Shown one piece after another: positions 50,325 through 61,865 of a DNA stretch of 64,000 bases. A program made the translations under genes and the position numbers. The stretch is taken from the NCBI GenBank assembly GCA_963664705.1, contig OY761556.1:4384001-4448000 (forward strand), in the 5' to 3' direction. The DNA is from Acidobacteriota bacterium. GTDB lineage: Bacteria; Acidobacteriota; UBA6911. Under the pieces are notes generated by a model that was not told the DNA's origin, made no database searches, and saw nothing but the letters and a program-made list of their open reading frames with translations. The first letter of the stretch is position 1; each line of letters begins with the position of its first letter.

Positions 50325-50897
50325 AAAAATACAATAGCAAAATCTGGCACACTTCGTGAAATTTGCGGCAGATTTGCAGCTCCCTGCTGCCACAAATGGC
50401 TCGAATTTCACGAAGCAGTTCGCTTAATCTTAAACGCATCCGATACAACGGAATCGAACGAAGCGGATTTTGACGGGGTTATCACTAAAAAATATTTTTC
50501 GAAAATCCGTGGTTTGTGTGTCCCGTCACAAAAAAAGCGTGGCTGCAAATAGGCGCTCTCTTTCGATTTACAATTTTGTCACTCAAATGTCTCAGACCTT
50601 CCCCATATCCATGGACATAAGTCACCCCTAATCCACTCGTAAAATACTCTAACACTTGGACCTTGGCTACCCGATGAGAAGAATTGCGCAGGATTGCAGG
50701 CATTCCGGTGGCTTGTCTCCCTCCGGACACAGGATGTCTCGCGTGCGGTTGTATTTTCGGTCTTAAAGCAACCGTTGATCTAGTACTTTGTTTGTTCCAT
50801 GCCTATTCCTCCCGCCTGCAAGTAATAAGTCAGCGTTCGTTCAGGCTACGCAATTGATTGTCGCGTAGCGGAGAAAAGAAAAGGAGCAAAACTGACT

Positions 50898-51209
50898 ATG
50901 TCGGGTTACACCCTTGAACAAAATGGAACTCAGTGCCTGGTGAAACTGGACGGGGATCTTACGGCACCGATTGTCCCTGATCTGCAGACGGATCTAAAAA
51001 AGCAGCTGGATCAAGGCGCTTCCGAATTTGCTTTCGATCTGGAAAAAGCCGTCATGCTTGATTCCACTGGAATCGGTCTTCTCATTGCTGCACGCAACAG
51101 CATTTCATCCAAGGGCGGAACGCTGCGCGTGCTTTCAGTTTCCCAGGATATTTTCAGATTGCTCCAGAACATGCGTCTGGTTTCGCGGCTCAATGTGAGC
51201 GGGCGCTAG
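50898..51209 (+). CDS. STAS-domain anti-sigma-factor antagonist
   Basis: GDL, DLEK...LDSTGIGLL motifs. Confidence 0.88.
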   Translation: MSGYTLEQNGTQCLVKLDGDLTAPIVPDLQTDLKKQLDQGASEFAFDLEKAVMLDSTGIGLLIAARNSISSKGGTLRVLSVSQDIFRLLQNMRLVSRLNVSGR

Positions 51210-51225
51210 CCAGGGGGAGGAACAC

Positions 51226-54200
51226 ATGGACGAACTCGTAAATGAGTTCATAAACGAGGCACGAGAGCATCTCGCCACTGTCGAGCAGGATCTCCTGACA
51301 ATCGAAGAGAGCGGAGCCGATATTGACGAAGAGCTGGTCAACAAGGTCTTCCGCGCAGCGCATTCCATCAAAGGGGGCGCGGGCTTTTTCGGTTTCGAGA
51401 AGGTCAAAGAACTCGCACACAAAGCGGAAACGGTTTTGGATATGCTGCGTTCGAAAAAAATCGTGCCGAACGCGGAGGTCACCAATATCCTGCTGGCCGC
51501 TTTTGACAGACTTCGGGATATGATCAACAATCCCGGGGATCAGGAAAACACCGACATCGGCGATCTGGTGCTGAGTTTGACGGGCCTGGTTTCTTCCTAC
51601 CTTCCTCCACAGGAAAAGGGAAAACTGAGTCAGACGGTCACGCTGCAATCAGAATCCAACACCGTGACGGCGGATGTGCCGCAGGTTGATTTCGAGAGAG
51701 TGCAGCGGGCGGGCCAATACGTCTACGCCGTTCCCTTTGATCTGATTCATGATGTTGAGCGGAAGGGCCGCAACATTCTTCAAGTCTTCCAGGATCTGGA
51801 GGAATTCGGTGAAGTGCTGGATTGCAGTTTTGAACTAACGGGCTCGCTGGATGAACCCATCGGGAACCAGCTTCCGCTAAGGCTTCTATTCGCCACGGGA
51901 GTGGACCCGGTCAACATACACAATATCTTCGAACTCCCGGCGAACCAGATCCAGGTGCTTTCCAGTCCGACAAAATCAAAGCCGCCCGTCCAGGAAGCAG
52001 AACCCGTTGCGGTAGAAGCTCCGGTCGAAGTGCAAACAGCCGCCCCGACTCCGGTTCAGGAAGTACATGAAGCGACGCACCCCGCCGCGCCCACACCGTC
52101 ACCGGCAAGATCTTCCCGACAGGACAGCTCGGCAGCCTCTCATGCGGACGAAACTCTCAGGGTTAATGTAGGAGTGCTTGATACTCTCATGAACCTGGCG
52201 GGCGAACTCGTCCTCAGCAGAAACCAGTTGCGCGCAGCCATTTCCCAGAACAACGTTCAGGCCCTGACCATGGCGGATCAGCGGCTTAACCTGGTTACGT
52301 CCGAATTGCAGGACGCGATCATGCGCACGCGGCTCCAGCCCATCGGAAATGTGTTCGGCAAGTTCCCCCGTGTTGTCCGTGATATGGCCGCTTCGCTGGG
52401 AAAGGAAATCGAGGTCGACATTCTCGGGAAAGATGTTGCACTCGACCGCAGCCTGATCGAAGGCCTTTCAGATCCGTTGACCCACATGGTCCGCAATTCT
52501 GTGGACCACGGAGTGGAATCGCCGGATGACCGCGCTCACGCAGGCAAAAGCCGCGTAGGTAAAATCCGAATTGAGGCACGGCATGAGGCCGGCCAGGTGG
52601 TAGTGGAAATCGCCGATGACGGCAAAGGCATTGATGCCCGCAAGATTGCGGAAGCCGCTCTTGCCAAGGGTTTGGTCACACAGGAACGACTGCGCGGGAT
52701 GTCCGACCAGGACAAGATTGCCCTGATCTTCCTTCCCGGGCTATCGACTGCAACCAAGGTCTCCGACATTTCGGGCCGCGGCGTAGGCATGGATGTCGTC
52801 AAGACAAACCTGGACCGCCTCAGCGGGCAAGTGGAAATCAAGTCCGAGGTCGGAAAGGGCACCCTCTTCCGCATCAAGCTGCCGCTTACTCTTGCCATCA
52901 TTCCATCGCTGATCGTTGCAGTGGGCCGGGAACGTTTTGCCATTCCGCAGATCAACGTGGAAGAACTCCTGCGCATTCGTCCGGAAGAAATCAAACGGCG
53001 AATTGAAGTGGTCGGAGGAGCGGAAGTGCTCCTTCTCCGAGATGAGATCATTCCGCTAGTTCGTTTTGACCGCATGCTGGGAATAACCCTGGGATATGTG
53101 GATCCCAAGACAAAGCAAACAGAGATCGACCGTCGGCTCAGACTGGCGGATCGCCGATCGGCACACCATCCCAACCCGCAAGTTGAGGAGGAAACCCCCT
53201 TCGGCGATGCGTCGGTCATCAAGAACTTTGAGGAAGAGCGCATGGCAGAACGGAGAGAAAGCTCTCAGAGTGCGCTCGAGATCGTGGTCGTTCATTCCGG
53301 ACAGCTGCGTTACGGATTGGTCGTCAATTCATTCCATAACACCGAAGAAATTGTCGTCAAACCTCTGGGGCGCGATTTGAAAGCGCTCCGCGAATATGCG
53401 GGTGCGACGATCCTGGGAGATGGAACCGTCGCCCTCATTCTGGATCTCGCCGGTCTTGCGGAAAAGGCCGAATTGGCCAGTGTTTCCACATCCGCGCGCG
53501 CGCTTGAAAAGGCAAAAGAAGTGGAAAGAAGCAAAACAGGGGAGAGCCTGCAGCAATTGTTTATATTCCACAATGCTCCGGACGAAGTATGCGCCGTGCC
53601 GCTCGATTCGGTTCTGCGGCTGGAACGTATTACTCCGGAACAGGTGGAGAATCAAGGAAACCGCCGATCCATGCGGTATCGGGGAACCTCCCTGCCTCTG
53701 GTCACGCTTTCGGACACCGCCCAGGTCAAACAGCTTGGAGATAGAAGAGACCTGGCCGTTATTGTCTCCCGTGTATTCGGGCGCGAAGTCGGCCTTCTCG
53801 GCGCGATGCCTCTCGATGTAATTGAGACCAAGTCCGTGGTCGATACCGTGACGCACCGTCAGGCAGGCATCTGCGGCTCCCTGATCATTCGTGACAATAC
53901 AACCCTCATCGCCGATATCACGGAACTGGTCGAGTCTGTCTACCCTGAATGGCGAACCCTGGTGGAACAGGAACCCAAACAGGTTGCCTCCCAGATGGGC
54001 AAGGATTGCATTCTCCTGGCAGAGGACTCCGACTTTTTCAGGGCACAGGTCAAAAAATATCTCGAGGACGATGGCTTCATTGTATTGGACGCGCCGGACG
54101 GGGAAGCCGCGTGGGAACTCCTAAACCAAAACCTCGAAATTGTGCAGGCCGTAGTTACGGATATAGAGATGCCGCGTCTGACAGGCATCGGTCTCGCCAA

Positions 54201-54393
54201 GAGAATCCGGGCAGATGCACGCACCGCTCACTTACCCATTATTGCGTTGTCTTCCCTGGCCGCCGAAGAGGACATGGCAAAGGGACGAGAAGCCGGTGTC
54301 AATGAATACCAGGTAAAACTCGATCGGGACAGGCTGCTGGTGGGTGTCAATACGCTGCTATCGCGGCAGAAGGAAACAGCTGCCGGGTTTTAA
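51226..54393 (+). CDS. cheA: Hybrid CheA (HPt-P2-dimer-HATPase-CheW-CheW-REC)
   Basis: FRAAHSIKG, PLTHMVRNSVDHG, DDGKG, SGRGVGMDVV, LPLTLAI and C-terminal AEDS..TDIEMP. Confidence 0.95.
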   Translation: MDELVNEFINEAREHLATVEQDLLTIEESGADIDEELVNKVFRAAHSIKGGAGFFGFEKVKELAHKAETVLDMLRSKKIVPNAEVTNILLAAFDRLRDMINNPGDQENTDIGDLVLSLTGLVSSYLPPQEKGKLSQTVTLQSESNTVTADVPQVDFERVQRAGQYVYAVPFDLIHDVERKGRNILQVFQDLEEFGEVLDCSFELTGSLDEPIGNQLPLRLLFATGVDPVNIHNIFELPANQIQVLSSPTKSKPPVQEAEPVAVEAPVEVQTAAPTPVQEVHEATHPAAPTPSPARSSRQDSSAASHADETLRVNVGVLDTLMNLAGELVLSRNQLRAAISQNNVQALTMADQRLNLVTSELQDAIMRTRLQPIGNVFGKFPRVVRDMAASLGKEIEVDILGKDVALDRSLIEGLSDPLTHMVRNSVDHGVESPDDRAHAGKSRVGKIRIEARHEAGQVVVEIADDGKGIDARKIAEAALAKGLVTQERLRGMSDQDKIALIFLPGLSTATKVSDISGRGVGMDVVKTNLDRLSGQVEIKSEVGKGTLFRIKLPLTLAIIPSLIVAVGRERFAIPQINVEELLRIRPEEIKRRIEVVGGAEVLLLRDEIIPLVRFDRMLGITLGYVDPKTKQTEIDRRLRLADRRSAHHPNPQVEEETPFGDASVIKNFEEERMAERRESSQSALEIVVVHSGQLRYGLVVNSFHNTEEIVVKPLGRDLKALREYAGATILGDGTVALILDLAGLAEKAELASVSTSARALEKAKEVERSKTGESLQQLFIFHNAPDEVCAVPLDSVLRLERITPEQVENQGNRRSMRYRGTSLPLVTLSDTAQVKQLGDRRDLAVIVSRVFGREVGLLGAMPLDVIETKSVVDTVTHRQAGICGSLIIRDNTTLIADITELVESVYPEWRTLVEQEPKQVASQMGKDCILLAEDSDFFRAQVKKYLEDDGFIVLDAPDGEAAWELLNQNLEIVQAVVTDIEMPRLTGIGLAKRIRADARTAHLPIIALSSLAAEEDMAKGREAGVNEYQVKLDRDRLLVGVNTLLSRQKETAAGF

Positions 54394-54472
54394 AACAGAC
54401 ACGGCAGAACTTTGAATGGCTAGAGAATTGCAATCAACAAATTCGGAAAGCAAGTAAGAAAGAAGAAAGACC

Positions 54473-56149
54473 ATGATCAATATTTCAAATATGAGGCTGT
54501 CCAGACGTCTCACCGTTGCATTCGGTTCTGTTTCGCTCCTTTGCCTGGTAGTAGCCGCCGCGGGATGGTGGGGCCTGTCGCAGGCTAATGATGGAATGAG
54601 TACTCTCGATGCCGAGGTCAAGAAACAAACTCTGGCCAGGGATGTCGATGCCAGCCTGGACATGCTGTTCCTTAGCGTCTATGACGTGGCCACGACCAAG
54701 GATAAGGTTCAGAAGGAAAAGGATAAAGCCGTTGTTGAGGAATTTCGCGCCAAATATCGCAAAGATATGGGGGACCTGAAAGCCCTGGCCACCACTGAAG
54801 AAGGAAAACGCATGCTGGCGGCCATTGAAGATGCGATCGCGGCTTCGAAAGAGACAAACAACCGAGTCATGGATCTCTCTATGAAGGGCAAGGAAACTGA
54901 GGCCGTCGCCATATTTTCCTCAGAAGGTCGGAAACACCGGGAGAACAAGGAAACAGCCATAAATGCCTTTTTGGACTGGCGAACGAAACGCATGAAGGAA
55001 GCATCCGAAAATATGGATGCCAGCATCGTCAAGGCTCAGGGAGCACTTATCTTTGTATCTCTCGCAGCATTGGCATTATCCGTTTTGTTCGGAGTGATCA
55101 TTACGCGCAGTATCAGTCACCCGATTGCTGCGGGCGTTGGAGTCCTGGATAAAGTATCCCAGGGCGATCTGACCCAGGAGATTGCGCAGGATTTGTGTTC
55201 GCGCAAGGACGAAGCCGGAGATCTCGCCAGAGCGCTCCAGAAAATGCTGGAAAGCGTGCGGCGCCTCGTAAAGGACATAGGGTCAGGCGTGCAGACTCTG
55301 GCATCATCCGCCACTGAGCTGTCGGCTATCTCCTCCGAGACCGCCACGAACGTCAAATCCATGTCCGAGCGGGCAGCCGCGGTTGCGGCCGCTGCTGAGG
55401 AATCCAGCTCTAACACGACATCGGTAGCGGCGGGGATGGAAGAAGCTTCCACGAATCTGGCGTCCGTTGCCACTGCCACGGAACAGATGAGCGCCACGGT
55501 TGCCGAAATCTCCGCGAATGCGGAAAAGGCGAGAGGCATCAGTGCCCAGGCAACGGAGCAGGCGCAGATGATTTCCTCGATGATGCAGCAGCTTGGCCAG
55601 GCCGCGCACGAAATCGGCAAGGTGACCGAGACCATCAACGACATTTCCTCGCAGACCAATCTGCTTGCTCTCAACGCCACCATCGAGGCGGCCAGGGCTG
55701 GCGCGGCCGGCAAGGGGTTTGCGGTGGTCGCCAATGAAATCAAGGAACTGGCACGTCAGACCGCGGCAGCCACGGAAGATATCAAAACGAAGATCAGCGG
55801 AGTGCAGTCCTCCACCGGAAGCGCCATTTCCGATATTGAAAAAATCACGAGTGTCACGAACGAAATGGGCAGTCTTGTCGCCGGCATCGCCGCAGCCATC
55901 GAGGAACAAGCCACGGTGACCAAAGACGTAGCGCAGAATATCGCGCAGGCTTCCAGCGGCGTACGGGACGCGAATGAGAACGTCTCACAGACGGCCTCCG
56001 TATCGAAAAGCATTGCCCAGGATGTGGCAACTGTTAATGCCTCTGTCGTGGAAGTCCGAAATGGTGGGGAGCAGGTGCAGGCAAGTGCCATGGACCTCTC
56101 CGTTCTTGCAGAGAGGCTCAAACAACAGGTGGAGTATTTTAGAATTTAA
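54473..56149 (+). CDS. Methyl-accepting chemotaxis protein (4HB sensor)
   Basis: Two TM helices, HAMP and [17 protein letters not shown]...GFAVVA motif. Confidence 0.95.
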   Translation: MINISNMRLSRRLTVAFGSVSLLCLVVAAAGWWGLSQANDGMSTLDAEVKKQTLARDVDASLDMLFLSVYDVATTKDKVQKEKDKAVVEEFRAKYRKDMGDLKALATTEEGKRMLAAIEDAIAASKETNNRVMDLSMKGKETEAVAIFSSEGRKHRENKETAINAFLDWRTKRMKEASENMDASIVKAQGALIFVSLAALALSVLFGVIITRSISHPIAAGVGVLDKVSQGDLTQEIAQDLCSRKDEAGDLARALQKMLESVRRLVKDIGSGVQTLASSATELSAISSETATNVKSMSERAAAVAAAAEESSSNTTSVAAGMEEASTNLASVATATEQMSATVAEISANAEKARGISAQATEQAQMISSMMQQLGQAAHEIGKVTETINDISSQTNLLALNATIEAARAGAAGKGFAVVANEIKELARQTAAATEDIKTKISGVQSSTGSAISDIEKITSVTNEMGSLVAGIAAAIEEQATVTKDVAQNIAQASSGVRDANENVSQTASVSKSIAQDVATVNASVVEVRNGGEQVQASAMDLSVLAERLKQQVEYFRI

Positions 56150-56220
56150 CCCGGTCAACGACATTGTAGGCATGCTCGCTTCAGCGGTGTCTTTGCACTA
56201 AACATGCTTTTGGAGAGCCC

Positions 56221-58278
56221 ATGAGTCTTCGGCTGAAACTGCTGCTTCCAATCGGAGTGGCACTGTTTTGTGTATTGATCATAGCAGGCTGGCTGGTTAT
56301 CAAAGATGAGACCTCCCAAATTGAGCAGAGTCACCGCGAACATTTGGCAACGCTGGCATTAACATCACGCTCCATGCTTCACAGCAAAGCAGAGAGCTTT
56401 ATGGCCTCCAGGGGCTATAAGTTCTATCGGTTTACGCCGGGACAATACGATAAATCGACAACCGCAGGAAAATTCGCGGAATCAGCATTCGATGCCTTCA
56501 AGGCAGACTCCAAGCAGGAGACTCTGGAGCAGATCGTCAAAGAGGGCGGGACGCGAACCATGTACATCTTTGTGCCTGCTACCATAGAAGACGAATGCTC
56601 CGTCTGCCATTCCGACAAGGGACTGAACTTCTTTGCGGACAAGAAAAAAGGAGACATGGTTGCGGTATTTGGAGTGTCGGCGCCGCTGACGAAAGTGGAA
56701 GAGACTCAATCCTCAATTACGTTGGCTACAGCCGGCGGTGGAATTGTCTTCCTGGTTGGCCTGAGCCTGCTCATGGGCTTCATCGTTACCAGGAATGTCA
56801 GTCGACCGCTGAACCATGTCACAGATCGGTTGAAGGACATTTCGGAAGGGGATGGAGATCTGACGAAGAACCTTCAGGTTCATTCGGAAGATGAAATCGG
56901 GCAGCTGGCAAGACACTTCAACAGCTTTGTGGAAAAACAGCGGACGCTGATCAAGCAGATTCACGATGATACCTCCGTTGTGGCATCTGCCTCCGTCGGA
57001 CTCTCCGGCATTGCTCACGATATGATGACCGCAGCCAAGGAAATGTCAAAACTGGCCGAAACCGCGTCCCTGGGCGCAAATCAATCCAGCGAGAATACCG
57101 TTTCGGTCGCCGCCAGCATGGAGCAAGCCTCAACCAATCTTGCATCGGTGGCAACCGCAACCGAGCAAATGAGCGCTACGGTCGCGGACATTGCGGCGCA
57201 TTCGGATAAAGCCCGCAACATCAGCGGTCAGGCAACCGAACAAGCCCAAACCGTTGCATCCATGATGCAGCAACTGGGTCAGGCAGCCCGCGAAATCGGC
57301 AAGGTGACCGAGACGATCACCAACATTTCTTCGCAAACCAATCTGCTCGCACTGAATGCAACCATTGAAGCGGCGAGAGCAGGAGAAGCGGGAAAAGGCT
57401 TTGCGGTGGTCGCCAATGAGATCAAAGAACTGGCCCGCCAAACGGCGTCCGCAACCGATGACATCAAGGCGCGGATTTCCGGCGTGCAGGTTTCTACAGA
57501 CAATGCGATGGCGGACATTGAAAAAATTGGCGGAGTCGTTCAGGAAATGGGCGACATCGTCTCCAATATAGCCGCGGCCATTGAGGAGCAGGCAACCGTT
57601 ACACGCGATGTGGCTGGAAATATTGCGCAGGCATCCACCGGGGTAAGAGATGCCAACGAACGTGTTTCGGAAACAGCCGTGGCTTCCAAAGCCGTTGCCA
57701 ACGACGTTGCCGGAATCGGGCAATCGGCCAGGGAAACGCAGCAGGCAAGTGAGCGAATTCAGGCCAGGGCAATGGAGCTTCAACAACTGTCGGAAAAACT
57801 CAACAACGGAGTCATGAAATTCAAGGTAGAGGACGGAACGCGGCCATCGCAATCCAGATCTGCCTCGGAGCCCGTCGCAGCAGATGTGCTGATTCCCTGG
57901 CGCAACGAACTGTCGGTCGGCGTTTTGAACATGGATTCCCAGCACAAACAACTCATCGGGCTCATCAATAGTCTGTACGCGGCGCTGAAGCGCGGTGAAG
58001 GATCCGCTGCAACGGGAAACATCCTCAGGGAACTTGTGCAATATACGAAGTACCACTTCACGGCTGAAGAGAAGCTGATGGAACAAGCCCATTATGCAGG
58101 CCTGGCATCCCAGCAGGAAGCTCACAAGAAATTTGTTTCCAAAACCATGGAAGCACAGCAGCGCTGGGCTTCCGGTGACTCCACGGTAACGAAAGAAGTG
58201 ATGGACCTGCTTATGAACTGGCTGCCTCAGCACATAATGAAGATGGACAAGCAATATACGTCAGTCCTCAAAAACTGA
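56221..58278 (+). CDS. MCP with periplasmic CxxCH heme-c domain and C-terminal bacteriohemerythrin
   Basis: ECSVCH between the TM helices; MCP core; W...LSVG...MDSQH, HFTAEE.LM, H..F and WL..HI...D motifs. Confidence 0.92.
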   Translation: MSLRLKLLLPIGVALFCVLIIAGWLVIKDETSQIEQSHREHLATLALTSRSMLHSKAESFMASRGYKFYRFTPGQYDKSTTAGKFAESAFDAFKADSKQETLEQIVKEGGTRTMYIFVPATIEDECSVCHSDKGLNFFADKKKGDMVAVFGVSAPLTKVEETQSSITLATAGGGIVFLVGLSLLMGFIVTRNVSRPLNHVTDRLKDISEGDGDLTKNLQVHSEDEIGQLARHFNSFVEKQRTLIKQIHDDTSVVASASVGLSGIAHDMMTAAKEMSKLAETASLGANQSSENTVSVAASMEQASTNLASVATATEQMSATVADIAAHSDKARNISGQATEQAQTVASMMQQLGQAAREIGKVTETITNISSQTNLLALNATIEAARAGEAGKGFAVVANEIKELARQTASATDDIKARISGVQVSTDNAMADIEKIGGVVQEMGDIVSNIAAAIEEQATVTRDVAGNIAQASTGVRDANERVSETAVASKAVANDVAGIGQSARETQQASERIQARAMELQQLSEKLNNGVMKFKVEDGTRPSQSRSASEPVAADVLIPWRNELSVGVLNMDSQHKQLIGLINSLYAALKRGEGSAATGNILRELVQYTKYHFTAEEKLMEQAHYAGLASQQEAHKKFVSKTMEAQQRWASGDSTVTKEVMDLLMNWLPQHIMKMDKQYTSVLKN

Positions 58279-58296
58279 CGCAGCTGGCCCGGGAGA

Positions 58297-58797
58297 ATGC
58301 TCATGGAAAAAGATGTAAACGGACACATTGACGACGCTCTGCTTGTGATTACTTTCCTGTTGGGGGATGCCGCGTTCGGCATCAGTGCCTCCCACGTTCA
58401 GGAAGTGGCACGAATAGGAGACATTACTCCGGTGCATCATGCATCGGCCGAGGTGGTTGGAATTCGCAATCTCCGCGGGCGTATCGTAACAGTAATAGAC
58501 CTGCGCACGCGTCTGAGTTTGGGCAGCGTTGATTCCGGCCCCGACAATCGAATTCTGATTGTCGAATCAATGGGGGAACCGGTTGGGTTGCTGGTGGATT
58601 GCATTACCGATACCATTTCCATTCAACCGGGACAATTGCAGGCACCGCCCTCCAATGTGCCGGGATATCAGGGAAGGAATCTGCTTGGCGTCTGCTATAG
58701 CGGCGAACGTTTGATCGCTCTACTGGACCCGGCTACAGTCCTGTTGCCGGAAAGCACAGCTCTTAGGACAATGGCCGGCAGTGAGGCGAGACAGTGA
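58297..58797 (+). CDS. cheW: CheW
   Basis: ITPV, GIRNLRGRIVTVIDLR and GLLVD motifs. Confidence 0.93.
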   Translation: MLMEKDVNGHIDDALLVITFLLGDAAFGISASHVQEVARIGDITPVHHASAEVVGIRNLRGRIVTVIDLRTRLSLGSVDSGPDNRILIVESMGEPVGLLVDCITDTISIQPGQLQAPPSNVPGYQGRNLLGVCYSGERLIALLDPATVLLPESTALRTMAGSEARQ

Positions 58798-59930
58798 AAT
58801 TGAGAGTTCTTGTTGTTGATGATTCGGTTTTGTTCCGGCGTGCCATTTCCCAGGCTCTAGCATCGATCCCGGATGTGGAAGTTGTCGGTAGTGTTGGTAC
58901 AGGCAAGCTTGCCCTGCAGCGGATTCAGGAACTCCAGCCAGACCTGGTCACTCTTGACTTGGAAATGCCGGAGATGGATGGGTTGGCGGTGCTCGACTCA
59001 CTCCGCCAGATGAAGCATGACACAATCGTGATTGTCGTCAGTGCGATTACCAAGCAGGGTGCGAAGGTAACGATGCGTGCCCTGGAAAAAGGGGCCTTTG
59101 ATTTCATCACCAAGCCGGATGCCGGCAATGCTGAAAAAAGTCAGGCGGCCCTGGTCTCGGAACTGACCCCCAGGATTCGAGCGCTGGCGAGTCGGCTGTC
59201 CGTTCGCAAGATCATTCGTGCGGGCTCAAAAACAGCGGCACCGGCAGCCACACAGGAAGCCAGGCCGGCCGGCGCGGCTGTCTCTTCTCCAACTTCGTCA
59301 CCTGCACTCGACAACATTTCACTGCGAATGAATCGCATTTCAAATGCCGCAAAACCGGAGATGGTGCTTATTGGCGTTTCCACCGGTGGCCCCGCGGCAC
59401 TGGCGCGGCTTCTTCCGGATATCCCCCGGGATATTGGCGTACCCATTTTCCTGGTACAGCACATGCCACCCATATTCACTCAATCGCTGGCCGAAAACCT
59501 GTCGACCAAGTGCAATATCAGCGTGCGCGAAGCATCTCACGGCGAAGTGGCAACCAACAATACTGCCTACATCGCTCCAGGCGGGAAGCAAATGAGGATT
59601 GCTCCGGGACCCGACGGCCGCAAGGTTATACAGATCAGTGACGATCCGCCGGAAAACAACTGTAAACCTTCGGTGGATTATCTGTTCCGATCTGCCTCGC
59701 TCAGTTTCCCGGGACGATCCATGGCTGTAATCCTCACGGGGATGGGCAGTGATGGAACGATCGGTCTGAAATTGCTTAAGAGGCATGGGTGCTTTGTAAT
59801 TGCCCAGAATGAAGCTAGCAGTGTGGTGTATGGCATGCCCAAGGCGGCAGTGGACGCAAAAGTAGTTGACGAAGTCCTGTCGCTGGAAGCGATCGCCCCT
59901 CGTATCACCGCTGTAGTCAGGGGATATTAA
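58794..59930 (+). CDS. cheB: CheB methylesterase with REC domain
   Basis: DDS, DLEMP, GVSTGGP, QHMP, PSVD and LTGMGSDG motifs. Confidence 0.95.
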   Translation: MKLRVLVVDDSVLFRRAISQALASIPDVEVVGSVGTGKLALQRIQELQPDLVTLDLEMPEMDGLAVLDSLRQMKHDTIVIVVSAITKQGAKVTMRALEKGAFDFITKPDAGNAEKSQAALVSELTPRIRALASRLSVRKIIRAGSKTAAPAATQEARPAGAAVSSPTSSPALDNISLRMNRISNAAKPEMVLIGVSTGGPAALARLLPDIPRDIGVPIFLVQHMPPIFTQSLAENLSTKCNISVREASHGEVATNNTAYIAPGGKQMRIAPGPDGRKVIQISDDPPENNCKPSVDYLFRSASLSFPGRSMAVILTGMGSDGTIGLKLLKRHGCFVIAQNEASSVVYGMPKAAVDAKVVDEVLSLEAIAPRITAVVRGY

Positions 59931-59931
59931 G

Positions 59932-60777
59932 ATGAGCCCAGTCGCTGTAACTCGAGAAGAATACGGAGTATGGACCAAGTATGTATATGAAATCAGCGGC
60001 ATACATCTGGACCAGACCAAAACCTATCTCCTGGAAACGCGCCTGGGCAGTCTTCTGCAGGAAACCGGCTCAGCCACCTTTACCGAGCTGTTTTACAAGA
60101 TAAAGATAGATGCCACCAACAAGTTGCGTCGTAAGGTCATTGATTCAATCACGACCAATGAAACATCCTTCTTCAGAGATACCGCTCCTTTTGAGCTTTT
60201 GCAGCATAAGATCCTTCCAGAACTGATCGACAAGAGGAACAAAGCGGCGCTCCGCCCCATTCCTATCCGCATCTGGAGTGCAGCCTGTTCCACCGGTCAG
60301 GAAGTCTATAGCACCGCGATTGTGATAAAGGAAACCTTGGGGGATATGCGCAACTATGATGTTCGCATTCTAGGCACGGATATCAGCGACAAGGTTGTTG
60401 CCCAGGCCAGCTACGGACAATTCAGCCGCCTCGAAATGGACCGGGGGATTTCGGCCGACAAAACCGCCCGTCATTTTGTCAAAGCCGGGGATATATGGAA
60501 AATCCGCGATGAGATCCGGGCAATGGCTACATTCAAATCAATAAACCTGCTTTCGCCTTTTGCCTTTCCAACAAAATTCGATATTGTCTTTTGCCGCAAT
60601 GTGGCGATCTATTTCACGGAATCCGACAAGATACGGCTGTTCCGCAACATAGGAAAATGTCTGGCCGATGACGGCTGCCTGATCATCGGGTCCACGGAAT
60701 CGATTTCTGGGCTATGCCCGGAATATGAACCGAAACGACATCTGCGTTCGGTCTACTATCAGCTCAAAAAACCATAA
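59932..60777 (+). CDS. cheR: CheR methyltransferase
   Basis: TTNETSFFRD, WSAACSTGQEVYS and FCRNVAIYF motifs. Confidence 0.95.
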   Translation: MSPVAVTREEYGVWTKYVYEISGIHLDQTKTYLLETRLGSLLQETGSATFTELFYKIKIDATNKLRRKVIDSITTNETSFFRDTAPFELLQHKILPELIDKRNKAALRPIPIRIWSAACSTGQEVYSTAIVIKETLGDMRNYDVRILGTDISDKVVAQASYGQFSRLEMDRGISADKTARHFVKAGDIWKIRDEIRAMATFKSINLLSPFAFPTKFDIVFCRNVAIYFTESDKIRLFRNIGKCLADDGCLIIGSTESISGLCPEYEPKRHLRSVYYQLKKP

Positions 60778-60830
60778 TCCAACTGAGAGAGCCGGCTCTT
60801 CCGACAAGATGCCGCGATTTCACGGATTGG

Positions 60831-61379
60831 TTACAGACGATAATCCGAGAGTAGCTTTTCCATGCGTGTCAGCCTCTCTATCGCATCTCTATTCGCGGAA
60901 GGTTCGAGGCTTTGACGCAGCTCTTCCGCTCCCTTTCGCACAGCAGCAAGATCAATGCGAAGCGTTTCCAGAGCGCTCCCCATGGATCTTGATATCTCCT
61001 GAAGCTGATCATGCTCGCGCAGTTGAGCGGCCGGTCTCAGGTTGCGCCCGGCAATTTCCTCGAGAATAGCGTTGAAACGGTACAACGGCCCCGCGATCTT
61101 GTGAGAAGAGTAAAGAACAAACAGACTCATGATCAGGGAGGAAGCCAGGATCGTAAAAAGGGTCAGGATCAGGATGATTGGCAGCAGCATCTCCTGAAGC
61201 GTTTTATAGGTAACATGCGCTGAAAGGAAATTGGCATTGATTTCGCTCCCCACCAGCAGATAAAGGCAAAATCCGAAAAAAGTCAGCATTCCTGCGTTGA
61301 CGATGAGGTACATGCCAATGTGGCGAAGCTGAAAATTTCGATTGATCAGTAGAATCTTCCTTCGTTCGCGCTCGCTCAT
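60831..61379 (-). CDS. Small 2-TM HAMP-domain (truncated MCP-like) protein
   Basis: RR..LIN..FQ, two TM helices, SHKIAGPLYR and LRE.D motifs. Confidence 0.7.
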   Translation of the reverse strand: MSERERRKILLINRNFQLRHIGMYLIVNAGMLTFFGFCLYLLVGSEINANFLSAHVTYKTLQEMLLPIILILTLFTILASSLIMSLFVLYSSHKIAGPLYRFNAILEEIAGRNLRPAAQLREHDQLQEISRSMGSALETLRIDLAAVRKGAEELRQSLEPSANRDAIERLTRMEKLLSDYRL

Positions 61380-61386
61380 TTTGACC

Positions 61387-61845
61387 TCAGTGGCAGCTGC
61401 GACAGAGTTGCCCTTTGTTATTTCGCATGATCAGATAATAGGTTTTATAAATCAGCTGCTTGCGGAACATGCTGTCGAAAAGGCTCTCGCTCCGCCAGGC
61501 TTTTGAATCCTCCGCTGGGCTTTGCAGGTTATGGCAACTCCGGCAGGTGATCTGTCTTTTCGCGGTCAGGACTATTCCCTTTGGCAGAGACACCTCTACG
61601 ACATGGCCGGTTGGATGGTGCTGTCGCTCAATGCTGTGGCAGCCATAGCAGTATCGTCGGCACTCGTTATTACTTCCAATTTGCCAGCCATAAGCATCTC
61701 CCGGACTGTGACATTTTTGACAATCCTGCACTGTCCGGATGGGATGCGGTTTCGCGGTAGACGCCGGCGGCCCTGCAAAGAGAAGGGTGCTAAACCAAAA
61801 AAATCCGGCCAGTTTTCTGATTTGCGATGGCTGGAGCGAAATCAC
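61387..61845 (-). CDS. Tetraheme cytochrome c (doubled-CXXCH-like)
   Basis: Signal peptide; CQKCH, CYGCH, CRSCH and terminal LCRSCH; HHP. Confidence 0.85.
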   Translation of the reverse strand: MISLQPSQIRKLAGFFWFSTLLFAGPPASTAKPHPIRTVQDCQKCHSPGDAYGWQIGSNNECRRYCYGCHSIERQHHPTGHVVEVSLPKGIVLTAKRQITCRSCHNLQSPAEDSKAWRSESLFDSMFRKQLIYKTYYLIMRNNKGQLCRSCH

Positions 61846-61865
61846 GCCGAATTTTCCTCGTATGC

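Noticed and set aside
55400-57660. Strong nucleotide similarity between the two MCP genes
   Set aside because: Expected conservation of the MCP signalling domain in tandem paralogs.
57130-58254. Long antisense ORFs (374 aa here; also 4137-5051, 16730-17650, 23487-24413, 24441-25298)
   Set aside because: Shadow ORFs opposite well-supported genes in GC-rich DNA, with no recognisable motifs.
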